DNA of 64,000 nucleotides from Lysobacterales bacterium (GTDB lineage: Bacteria > Pseudomonadota > Gammaproteobacteria > Xanthomonadales > SZUA-5): positions 1 to 64,000 of the forward strand of contig JALHMH010000023.1 in the NCBI GenBank assembly GCA_022844165.1. The letters are read 5' to 3'. Made by a program: the position numbers and the translations under genes. This document shows positions 9,547-18,023 of the stretch, one piece after another. The notes beneath the pieces are model-generated. The model was not told where the DNA came from and did no database searches. It worked only from the letters and a program-made list of their open reading frames with translations. The first letter of the stretch is position 1; the number at the start of each line of letters is the position of its first letter.

Positions 9547-10803
9547 ATGGACTATCTGCTGCGCCTGCTGAACATCCGCCGCAGCGAAGCGCTGCTGGTG
9601 CTGTACGCGACGACATTTTTCTTCTGCATACTCGCCGCGTTGATGCTGCTCAGACCGGCGCGCGATGCGCTGGGCATGCAACGCGGCATCGACTCCGTAC
9701 GCTGGCTTTGGGTGCTGACGAGTATTGTGACGCTCGCTGTGAATCCGCTGTTCGGCTGGCTGGTGGCGCGGTATCGGCGCATCAATTTCCTGATCGCCGC
9801 ATACAGCTTTTTTGCGCTCGGCCTGCTGGCCTTTTATCTGTTGTTGACGCTCGCGCCGACGGCGGTCGGCGAGCGCAGCGGTCAGGTGTTCTACGTCTGG
9901 TTCAGTGTCTTCAACTTCTTCGCCACCATGTTGTTTTGGGCGCTGATGGCCGATTGTTTTTCGCTGCTCGACAGTCGTCGCGTGTTCCCGGTCATGGCGG
10001 CCGGTGGCACGCTCGGTGCCATCGCCGGACCAGCCATGACGGCGCTGTTGGTAGAACGCCTGGGCACCCCGGCGTTGCTGCTGATCGCGATCTGTTTTTT
10101 GCTGTTGGCCTCAGTATTCGCCTGGCTGATCGCACATCGCGCCCCACCCGTAGGAACAGCTATCGAACAACCCATCGGCGGCTCGGCATACGAAGGCATC
10201 CGCGCGGTTTTGCGCTCTCCTTTTTTGCTCGGGATCGCAGCGTACGTGATGATCCTGTCGGTCATGGTGACGTTCCTGTATTTCGCGCGCCTCGATATGG
10301 TTGCCGCACTGGGCGAGGGGGTCGATTTGCGCGCAGCGATCTTCGCGCGGATGGACATGGCGACGCAGATCGCCACATTGGTTCTGCAACTGGCGATCAC
10401 TGGTCGACTCGTCGAACGGATCGGCGTTTCGTGGTCATTGGCGCTCCTGCCGCTCACGGCAGCACTGGGATTCATCGGCCTCGCGATCGTGACCTCGATC
10501 GTTGTTCTGGTGATCGTAGAGTCGCTGTTCAAAGCCATTCAACGTGCCGTACAGCGCCCGACGCGCGAAATGCTGTTTACGGTTCTGTCCCGAGAAGACA
10601 AGTACAAGGCTAAAGCGGTGATCGACACTTTCGTCTATCGCGTTGGCGATGTCGCGGGCGCGTTCACCGAAGGTGCGCTGAGCAAACTCGGCATGGGTTT
10701 TGCCGCAGTCGCCTCCGCTGCAGTACCACTTGCAATCGTCTGGGCGGCGTTAGGTATCTGGTTAGGACGGGCGCAGCATCTCGCAACCCAGCAGCGGAAC
10801 TGA
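9547..10803 (+). CDS. MFS-fold transporter, ATP:ADP antiporter (AAA/NTT)-like
   Basis: LRPARDALG, FYVWFSVFN, RPTREMLFTV, KYKAKAVIDTFVYRVGD; about 11-12 TM segments. Confidence 0.8.
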   Translation: MDYLLRLLNIRRSEALLVLYATTFFFCILAALMLLRPARDALGMQRGIDSVRWLWVLTSIVTLAVNPLFGWLVARYRRINFLIAAYSFFALGLLAFYLLLTLAPTAVGERSGQVFYVWFSVFNFFATMLFWALMADCFSLLDSRRVFPVMAAGGTLGAIAGPAMTALLVERLGTPALLLIAICFLLLASVFAWLIAHRAPPVGTAIEQPIGGSAYEGIRAVLRSPFLLGIAAYVMILSVMVTFLYFARLDMVAALGEGVDLRAAIFARMDMATQIATLVLQLAITGRLVERIGVSWSLALLPLTAALGFIGLAIVTSIVVLVIVESLFKAIQRAVQRPTREMLFTVLSREDKYKAKAVIDTFVYRVGDVAGAFTEGALSKLGMGFAAVASAAVPLAIVWAALGIWLGRAQHLATQQRN

Positions 10804-11927
10804 TGCGCGTTGCGTTCGCCGTTCTTGCGCTGTCGATGCTCTGTGCGTGCGGGGCACCGCCGCCTCTCACGCATAGCGCATACGTGTGGCAACGCGATTG
10901 GCGGCCTTCATTGTTGGCGGCGCTGCGCGATTCGAGCAAGCCATTTGGCGAATGGCGCGTGCTTGGCATCGAAGTCGTCGGCGCACGCGTGACGCACATC
11001 GACACGGATGCTGCGGCATTGATCGACAGCGGCAAACCGGTGCGTATGGTGGCGCGGATCGAAGGGGCGAGACTCGCAGTTGGTGCCGACACCATGGCGC
11101 GGCAGCTCAACATGCTGGCCACCAGACTGCGCTCGGAGCGGGTGGTCGTCAGCGGCATTGAGATCGATCATGATTGCGCGACGGTAGCGCTACCGGACTA
11201 TGCCGACTGGCTCGCAGAACTGCGCCGCGCGATGCCGGGTGAGTCCATATCGATCACGGTGCTGCCGACGTGGCTCGACAGCGCTGAACTGACGCCGCTG
11301 CTCGGCAACGTCGACCACAGTGTGTTGCAAGTCCACGCGATCGCGCACCCTCGCGATGGTTTGTTCGATGTCGATCGGGCTCTGCCGTGGATCGAACGAA
11401 TCTCGCAACTCGGCACTCGGTTCTACATTGCACTGCCGGCCTACCACGTCGCGGTATCGGTGGATGCAAGCGGTGCCGTCATTGCCGTGGCGGCAGAAGA
11501 TCTCGATCCCGGTGCGGCAACCGAGATCCGCAGCGATCCGCAAGAGGTCGCACGTTTGTTGCGTACCTTGGAGCGCGGTCCACCGCCGGGGCTGCTCGGT
11601 ATCGTCTGGTTTCGATTGCCGCTGGTCGATGATCACCGCGCCTGGCACCCGCGTACGCTGGCCGCTGTCATTGCGGGCGAGGCGCTGAGCGGTTCGCTGC
11701 ATATCGAGTCAGCTACCAATCATGGCGTCACTTCATTTGCGCTACGCGCCAGCGGCAATCTTGACCAGATGATCGGGTCGGTCGACCTGCCCAGAAACTG
11801 CCGGTTCGCCGACGCCCTCGGCGCATTCGCACTCGAAGGTCATCCCGGCAAATGGCGATTGCTGCCCAGATCACAGCAATGGCTCAAACCGGACCAGCGC
11901 ACTGAGATCGGTTGGTGTCGCGGTTGA
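10803..11927 (+). CDS. DUF3142-like lipoprotein
   Basis: Lipobox LCAC; AYVWQR, GIEIDHDC, SITVLPTWL, SVLQVH, GIVWFRLP. Confidence 0.75.
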   Translation: MRVAFAVLALSMLCACGAPPPLTHSAYVWQRDWRPSLLAALRDSSKPFGEWRVLGIEVVGARVTHIDTDAAALIDSGKPVRMVARIEGARLAVGADTMARQLNMLATRLRSERVVVSGIEIDHDCATVALPDYADWLAELRRAMPGESISITVLPTWLDSAELTPLLGNVDHSVLQVHAIAHPRDGLFDVDRALPWIERISQLGTRFYIALPAYHVAVSVDASGAVIAVAAEDLDPGAATEIRSDPQEVARLLRTLERGPPPGLLGIVWFRLPLVDDHRAWHPRTLAAVIAGEALSGSLHIESATNHGVTSFALRASGNLDQMIGSVDLPRNCRFADALGAFALEGHPGKWRLLPRSQQWLKPDQRTEIGWCRG

Positions 11928-12002
11928 GCTGTCCGGCCCATTGCTTTGCGGCGGCAAAACCGCATCATCCACTCAACAACCGTGATCAGGACGCACTTCC
12001 GG

Positions 12003-13193
12003 ATGACTTTCGTACGCACGATTGGCCTGCTGTTGCTCACGCTGATGACTGGGCAGCTCGACGCGCAGCCGCGTTCGCCACTGCCTCAAAGCTATGTTTC
12101 CGATGAGTCCGGTTTGCTGGCGGCCGATACCGTGCGAGAACTGAATCGGCTCGCGGCGACGCTCGACGACAAGCAGCGCGGTGAGATCGCATTCTTGATC
12201 GTGCGCTCGACCGGCGGCGTCGATCCGCGCCGTTTCGGCGCTCAGGCATTCAACGCCTGGCGCGTCGGCGACCGGCAGCTCAACAACGGCACGCTGTTCT
12301 TGCTGGCACTGGACGATCGTGCCACCGAGATCATCCTCGGCAGTGGCATCGATGATGGCGACTACACGCGCATGGCCAATAATGTCATGCACGGCGAGAT
12401 CCTGCCGCGCTTTCGTCAGGGCGATTTCGATCAGGGCCTGGTCGCGGGCGCGACCGCGTGGTTGCAGCGTGCCTATCAAGCCGACTTGAGCCGGCCGGCC
12501 GAAGCGGCAACCGAACCGGAGGGCGATACTGAGTTGGATCGATCAGCGGCAGCGTCAGCGGAGACGACGGCAACCACCGAAACGGTGCCGCTTTCGCAGC
12601 CAACCCGCCAGCCCCGGCCAACAACAACGCCCGAACCACAGAGCAACATCCCGGCGACCGTCATCGGCGTAGGAATCATCGGCTCGGTGATAGCAGCAGT
12701 GGGTTGGCTGTTGTACAAATTTCTGTCGCTGCTTTGGTGGTTCATCGGCTCACGTTTGGTACCGCGTACTTGTTCGCGCTGCAGCGGCCACATGACCTTG
12801 CTCAGCGAGGCGCAAGACGATGCACATCTGACACCTCAGCAGATCACTGAGGAAATCTTGCGTAGCGTCGACCATCGCGTGTTCCATTGCCCGGGCTGCG
12901 GACACGTGGAAAAGCTGGTCCGCGCGGCCTGGTTTTCGCGCTTTATGCCCTGCGCCACCTGCGGCTCCAAAGCCGTATCGAGTACCTCCAGAACCGTGAG
13001 CTCCGCGACCCGATACTCAACCGGACTGTTGGAGATTACCTCTACCTGTCAGCACTGCGGTGCCGCGAGCACCAGCCAGAGTGTCATCCCGCGAATCACC
13101 TCATCGTCATCATCGACATCCTGGTCATCGTCGTCGAGCCGCAGTTTTGGCGGAGGCAGCAGCCGCGGCGGCGGCGCGAGCGGGCGCTTCTGA
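12003..13193 (+). CDS. TPM-domain (YgcG-like) membrane protein with C-terminal zinc ribbons
   Basis: YVSDESGLL, FNAWRVGD...NNG; TM helix; four CxxC motifs; FGGGSSRGGGASGRF tail. Confidence 0.8.
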   Translation: MTFVRTIGLLLLTLMTGQLDAQPRSPLPQSYVSDESGLLAADTVRELNRLAATLDDKQRGEIAFLIVRSTGGVDPRRFGAQAFNAWRVGDRQLNNGTLFLLALDDRATEIILGSGIDDGDYTRMANNVMHGEILPRFRQGDFDQGLVAGATAWLQRAYQADLSRPAEAATEPEGDTELDRSAAASAETTATTETVPLSQPTRQPRPTTTPEPQSNIPATVIGVGIIGSVIAAVGWLLYKFLSLLWWFIGSRLVPRTCSRCSGHMTLLSEAQDDAHLTPQQITEEILRSVDHRVFHCPGCGHVEKLVRAAWFSRFMPCATCGSKAVSSTSRTVSSATRYSTGLLEITSTCQHCGAASTSQSVIPRITSSSSSTSWSSSSSRSFGGGSSRGGGASGRF

Positions 13194-13202
13194 CCCGTCG
13201 AA

Positions 13203-14717
13203 TCAACGCACGCGCGGTGGATTGGCGTTCACTGCCGCAATCCGATTGCGCGCAAAACTGAGTTCGGAGCGGCCGCCGGGGATACGCTGTTCGATGACCA
13301 GGAACTCGTCGTCGACGCGTTTGATCACACCCTGCCGTTTGTGGCCCTCGATGGAGACAACCTCGACGCGCTCGCCAATGGCCGAAAGCAAGGACTCAGT
13401 GGTCAGCTCCAGTGGCGTCGGTTTTGGCGGCTCGCGCCGCGGTTTGACTACCGGCTGAAAAATTGCCTCGGTCACCGGCAGCGTGCGCACGCCGGACGAC
13501 GGCGCCGACGTGGCTGTGGCGGCGACGACCACGGGTTTCGGCGTCGTCTCCTGAGTTGCCGGCTTGCCCTCGCCGCGTGCGATCATGTCGTAAATGCTAC
13601 CGCCGTATTCCGCAGGTAGCGCTCGCACGTTGATCGCCTCGACAATCATCGGCATTGCCGGCTCGTCGTTGAACTGCAACTTAGGCTCCATCCGCATCAA
13701 CTTGAGTGCCCATGGCTCATCGCTGGTCCAATCAGGCGTCTTGCCGACGATCGTCAACGCACCGCCCTGGCGTGCAAACGTCGAATAAATCGACTCGGTT
13801 TCCGGCGACATGCGCGCGCCGAAAACTTCCAGCACGCGCCGTACCGACGTGATATGTCGCCGCTGAAACTCATCCGCATCGATATTGGCCTCGGCGGCAC
13901 ACCAGTCGTTGCGCGCCGCGACGAACCCGCGGTCGTCGATGGTGATCGTCGTGCCCAGGCGCGTTTGTTCCGTGCTGTCGCTTTGCGCGTACCGCTGGGC
14001 AATGTCGACCTGGATTTCTGTGGCGATTCTGGACGCGATCACGCCGGAATCGAGCGTCAGCTCCTGGACGATTGTATCCGGTCCGGAGACGCGGTAGCCA
14101 AAACTCAGCGTTGTTTCGGCATAAGGCAATGCCAGTTCCTGGCGCAGATTGAGCGGCACGAAATAGCGATACGCCAGGCAGCCTTCAGTCTCGAACGGCG
14201 CGCCCGACGCCAAACCCAGCTTCGGCTTGCCAGGCAATCGACTCTCTGCCAATTCCACTTCGAACCCTCGAAAGTGTACATACAGCGCGTCGTTGGGCGG
14301 CAACGACGGTGCGGAGAAACTGCGCCCACGGAGCACCTCGCCCAATCCACGCACAATGCTCGACAAGGCTCTGCTATCACCAGTCACCGGATTGACAGCA
14401 CGCAGAGTCCACCACCATCCCGGCGTGTCGATTTCGAAACGGTCCGTTATCAGATAAGAGCCCCCGTCGTTGTCCAAGTCGATCCGCAGCCGATCGATAC
14501 CGACATCGCCCGAAAGCGTGTAATAGCCCCCGCGGTGGCTGATCGTACCGGTGACCCCGATGGCGCCCGTCAGGCTCTGTACGGCTTCTTCGATGCGACT
14601 GATCAAAAGAAAGTGCACGCCGACGACAGTGACCATGCCGGCCGCGACGGCGATCATCCAGCGCGGCAAACCGCTGCTGCGAGGACGCGGCTTGCCGGGC
14701 GCTTTCGCTCTGGCCAT
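13203..14717 (-). CDS. Hypothetical protein with N-terminal TM anchor
   Basis: 504-aa ORF with upstream GGAGG RBS; single TM near the N-terminus; no recognisable motif. Confidence 0.65.
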   Translation of the reverse strand: MARAKAPGKPRPRSSGLPRWMIAVAAGMVTVVGVHFLLISRIEEAVQSLTGAIGVTGTISHRGGYYTLSGDVGIDRLRIDLDNDGGSYLITDRFEIDTPGWWWTLRAVNPVTGDSRALSSIVRGLGEVLRGRSFSAPSLPPNDALYVHFRGFEVELAESRLPGKPKLGLASGAPFETEGCLAYRYFVPLNLRQELALPYAETTLSFGYRVSGPDTIVQELTLDSGVIASRIATEIQVDIAQRYAQSDSTEQTRLGTTITIDDRGFVAARNDWCAAEANIDADEFQRRHITSVRRVLEVFGARMSPETESIYSTFARQGGALTIVGKTPDWTSDEPWALKLMRMEPKLQFNDEPAMPMIVEAINVRALPAEYGGSIYDMIARGEGKPATQETTPKPVVVAATATSAPSSGVRTLPVTEAIFQPVVKPRREPPKPTPLELTTESLLSAIGERVEVVSIEGHKRQGVIKRVDDEFLVIEQRIPGGRSELSFARNRIAAVNANPPRVR

Positions 14718-14841
14718 GGTGTGCCTCCTGATTTCTGGACGCTAAGAATATCGGCTCAAATGAACAGCTGTCTGCCTGATCGCGCATCTCACCGGGCAGT
14801 TCTGGCAAACTTCAATCTAAATCTGGATGGGGAGCGGGTCG

Positions 14842-15153
14842 ATGCGTGTCGCATTTTTTGCGGTAGTGGCAATAGCGTTGTCGAGCTGCAGCTGGGTCCG
14901 CTTGAACGAGGGCGCTGGCGGCGTTCGTGTCCTGGACAGTGGCGCGTCGGTTTCAGGTTGCCAATACAAGGGCGAAATTTCCACCAGCGTCACCAATCGC
15001 CTCGCGGGCCTCGAGCGCAATTCGATCAAGGTCGCCGACGAGCTGGAGACGCTCGCGCGGAATGAGGCTGCGCAACTGGGCGCCAATACGTTGCGACCAG
15101 AATCGGAACCGGTCGCTGGCGAACAGCGATTCACGGCCTACGTCTGTCCTTGA
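14842..15153 (+). CDS. DUF4156-like lipoprotein
   Basis: Lipobox LSSC; GCQYKGE, ARNEAAQLGAN, C-terminal AYVCP. Confidence 0.75.
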   Translation: MRVAFFAVVAIALSSCSWVRLNEGAGGVRVLDSGASVSGCQYKGEISTSVTNRLAGLERNSIKVADELETLARNEAAQLGANTLRPESEPVAGEQRFTAYVCP

Positions 15154-15210
15154 GCGTTCGCTGGAATTGCGCGGCACGCGCGAACACGAGCGCGAACGAT
15201 CGACGAGTAC

Positions 15211-15708
15211 TTATTCTCCAGGCTTGGCATCGTTTTTCGGCACATCGCCTGGACACGCGCACCCACCGTTGTCGAAGACGATACGCCAACTGCCGTCGCT
15301 GTCTCTGCGCCAGGTCGAAACAAAGCGAGCGATGACAGCGCCTTCCGCACCCACAACACGTCCCTCGGTGTAACCCAGATCGCCACTGCCAGTCACATCG
15401 ACAAGATCCGGGCCCCACGCAAATGGAGCCGGCGTATCGGCTTTGAAGAACTGCTGCCAGTGCGCGGCGATCGCCTGCTTGCCACGTAGCGGCTGACCGC
15501 CGTTCAAGAACACGGCATCGTCCGCAATGTGGCTCATGAAAGCCTCAAAGCTCCGATCCGCCATTGTCTGGGCGAATGCCTTCTCTGCGCGGGTCACTTC
15601 TGCGCGTCGCTGTTCCAAATCGACTTGAGCCTGGGCGGAGAATGTGGCCAGGAGTAGCAAAAGAGTGATCGTGCGCACGACTAAAGTCCTCTGACTTGAG
15701 AACTGCAA
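15211..15708 (-). CDS. NTF2/SnoaL-like (DUF4440/YybH) protein; true start may be downstream
   Basis: AEKAFA...DAVFL...SGDLGYTEG...STWRR...WRIVFDNG. Confidence 0.75.
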   Translation of the reverse strand: MQFSSQRTLVVRTITLLLLLATFSAQAQVDLEQRRAEVTRAEKAFAQTMADRSFEAFMSHIADDAVFLNGGQPLRGKQAIAAHWQQFFKADTPAPFAWGPDLVDVTGSGDLGYTEGRVVGAEGAVIARFVSTWRRDSDGSWRIVFDNGGCACPGDVPKNDAKPGE

Positions 15709-15828
15709 TGGTATCCGTTCGCGGCGAACGACCCAAGAGCTGACGGTCTGTGCGTGACCGGCAACTGCCGGGTTCTTGCCAAAAAGCGATCGGACGAAAG
15801 CCAGGAAGACCAGGCGAATCCCGGATCG

Positions 15829-15865
15829 TGTCGAAATTGGACAGCGTTGCGTTCGATTTCGAACG
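15829..15865. promoter_or_regulatory. Tandem dyads, putative enhancer-binding-protein UAS
   Basis: TGTCGAAATTGGACA (15829-15843) and CGTTCGATTTCGAACG (15850-15865), about 100 bp upstream of a -24/-12 site. Confidence 0.45.
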
Positions 15866-15949
15866 TTGGTTCGCCCGTGCCGCGAAAGCTACAGCCATCG
15901 ACGCGGCCAAACTGTTCTTCTACGCGGCGAGACCACAGGGTCTCTTCGC

Positions 15950-15964
15950 TGGCACGGATTCTGC
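15950..15964 (+). promoter_or_regulatory. Sigma54 (-24/-12) promoter
   Basis: TGGCACGGATTCTGC with GG-N10-GC spacing directly upstream of the exporter operon. Confidence 0.7.
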
Positions 15965-15977
15965 GTAAGCGGCGGTT

Positions 15978-17231
15978 ATGGACATTCAACGCCCCGATTT
16001 ACTGAAGAAGCGTCAACAACGCCGCGTGGTTTATACGGCGGTTGGCGTGGTGCTTTTCATCGCCAGTGCTTATGGCGTCTCCCGCCTCGAACCAGCAGCG
16101 CCAGACGTCGACCGACAATCGATATGGATCGACACCGTCAAACGCGGCGAATTGCTGCGCGAGGTCCGCGGCCCTGGACAGCTGGTGCCCAAAGAAACGC
16201 GCTGGATCGCCGCCGATACGCCCGCCCGGGTCGAGAAGATCATCGTGCGACCTGGCGCCGCGGTCGAGCCCGACACGGTCATCTTGAGTCTCAGCAATCC
16301 CGAGCTCGACGATCAGGTGCTGGCGGCCCGGGCTGCCTTCGAAGCCGCGCGGGCCGATACCGAAGCACTGCGTACTCAGCTTGCCAGTCAGCTGCTCGAC
16401 CAACAAGCCAACATCGCTTCGGTTCGCGCCGACTACGAGAGTGCAAAGTTACAGGCTGAAGCCGAAACCGAACTCAATTCGCGCGGCATCGTTTCCGCGC
16501 TGCAATCGCGCCAGAGCGTGCTACGCGCCGAGCAGCTCAAGGTGCGCCTCGACATTGAGCAGCAGCGCCTGCAAATGCAAAAGACCAATCTCGATGCACA
16601 AATCGGCGCGCAGCAGGCGCGCCTTGCGCAACTGCAAGCCACCTTCCAATTGCGCGAGAGTCAGGCACGTGCGCTGCAAGTCCGTGCCGGCATGCAGGGG
16701 ATTTTGCAGATCATTCCGGTTGAGGAAGGACAACAGCTGTTGGCCGGCACCAACCTGGCGCGCGTGGCGCGGCCGGATGTACTTCGCGCCGAGTTGCGCG
16801 TTCCAGAGACGCAAGCCAAAGACGTTGCAATCGGCCAGAGCGTGCGCGTCGATACGCGCAACGGCATCGTGCCGGGAACGGTCGTGCGAATCGACCCGGC
16901 GGTGGTCGCAGGCACCGTACAAGTCGATGTCGATCTGATCGGCGACTTGCCGCCCGGCGCGCGCCCGGATCTGAGCGTGGATGGCACGATCGAGATCGAA
17001 AAATTGAGCGATGTGTTGTATGTCGGCCGCCCAGCTTTTGCCCAATCCGACTCGCGCACCACGCTATTCAAACTTGACGACAGCGGCGAGCGCGCAGTGC
17101 GCACGCCAGTCGCTCTGGGCAGGGCCAGCGTCAGCCTGATCGAAATCACGCAAGGTTTGCAACCGGGCGATCGAGTCGTTCTGTCCGACACGTCCGCATA
17201 CGATGCCCACGACCGGCTGCGGCTGCGCTGA
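15978..17231 (+). CDS. Efflux periplasmic adaptor (membrane fusion protein, MacA/HlyD-like)
   Basis: N-terminal TM; biotinyl-lipoyl-like halves flanking a coiled coil; ARPDLSVDGTIEIE. Confidence 0.9.
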   Translation: MDIQRPDLLKKRQQRRVVYTAVGVVLFIASAYGVSRLEPAAPDVDRQSIWIDTVKRGELLREVRGPGQLVPKETRWIAADTPARVEKIIVRPGAAVEPDTVILSLSNPELDDQVLAARAAFEAARADTEALRTQLASQLLDQQANIASVRADYESAKLQAEAETELNSRGIVSALQSRQSVLRAEQLKVRLDIEQQRLQMQKTNLDAQIGAQQARLAQLQATFQLRESQARALQVRAGMQGILQIIPVEEGQQLLAGTNLARVARPDVLRAELRVPETQAKDVAIGQSVRVDTRNGIVPGTVVRIDPAVVAGTVQVDVDLIGDLPPGARPDLSVDGTIEIEKLSDVLYVGRPAFAQSDSRTTLFKLDDSGERAVRTPVALGRASVSLIEITQGLQPGDRVVLSDTSAYDAHDRLRLR

Positions 17232-17278
17232 TTGCCTCACACCTTGAATCCCAAAGAACCAACGACCTGAAGAGTGCC

Positions 17279-18022
17279 ATGACCCAACCACTAATTACGC
17301 TCCGCGACGTAGGCAAGATGTATCTCACCGAGGACGTCGAGACACACGCGCTTTCAGGGATTCATCTCGACATTGCCAAGGGTGAATATGTTTCGATTTC
17401 CGGACCCTCGGGCTGCGGCAAATCGACGTTGTTGGCCATCCTGGGATTGCTCGATAGCCCATCGAGCGGCAGCTACGAAATCAACCATCGCTCCGTGGCG
17501 CAGATTGGCGCCAACGAACGAGCGCGTATCCGCAACAAAGAAATCGGCTTCATCTTTCAGGCGTTCAATTTGATCGGCGATTTGAATGTCTTCGAGAATG
17601 TGGAACTGCCGTTGACTTACCGACCAGGATTGAGCAAAGCCGAGCGCAAACAGCGCGCACAGGCAGCGCTCGATCGCGTCGGCATGGCGCATCGCCTGAA
17701 ACATTTCCCGTCGCAGCTCTCCGGTGGCCAGCAGCAGCGCGTCGCCGTCGCCCGCGCGCTCGTCGGCGATCCATCGATCCTGCTCGCCGACGAACCAACC
17801 GGCAACCTGGACTCGAAGAACGGCGAGGCCGTCATGCAACTGTTGCACGAACTGCACAGCGCGGGCGCGACCATTTGTATGGTCACGCACGATCCGCGTT
17901 ACGCCGATTTTGCGGACCGCAAGGTCTTCATGTTTGATGGTCGAATCGTCGACGAGGCAACGCTGCAGCAACTTCGTCACGAAGAAGATACGCGCATCCG
18001 CAAGATGGCAACCGGAGCCTGA
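17279..18022 (+). CDS. ABC transporter ATP-binding protein (LolD/MacB-type)
   Basis: GPSGCGKST, LSGGQQQRV, LADEPTGNLD, VTHD. Confidence 0.95.
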   Translation: MTQPLITLRDVGKMYLTEDVETHALSGIHLDIAKGEYVSISGPSGCGKSTLLAILGLLDSPSSGSYEINHRSVAQIGANERARIRNKEIGFIFQAFNLIGDLNVFENVELPLTYRPGLSKAERKQRAQAALDRVGMAHRLKHFPSQLSGGQQQRVAVARALVGDPSILLADEPTGNLDSKNGEAVMQLLHELHSAGATICMVTHDPRYADFADRKVFMFDGRIVDEATLQQLRHEEDTRIRKMATGA

Positions 18023-18023
18023 T

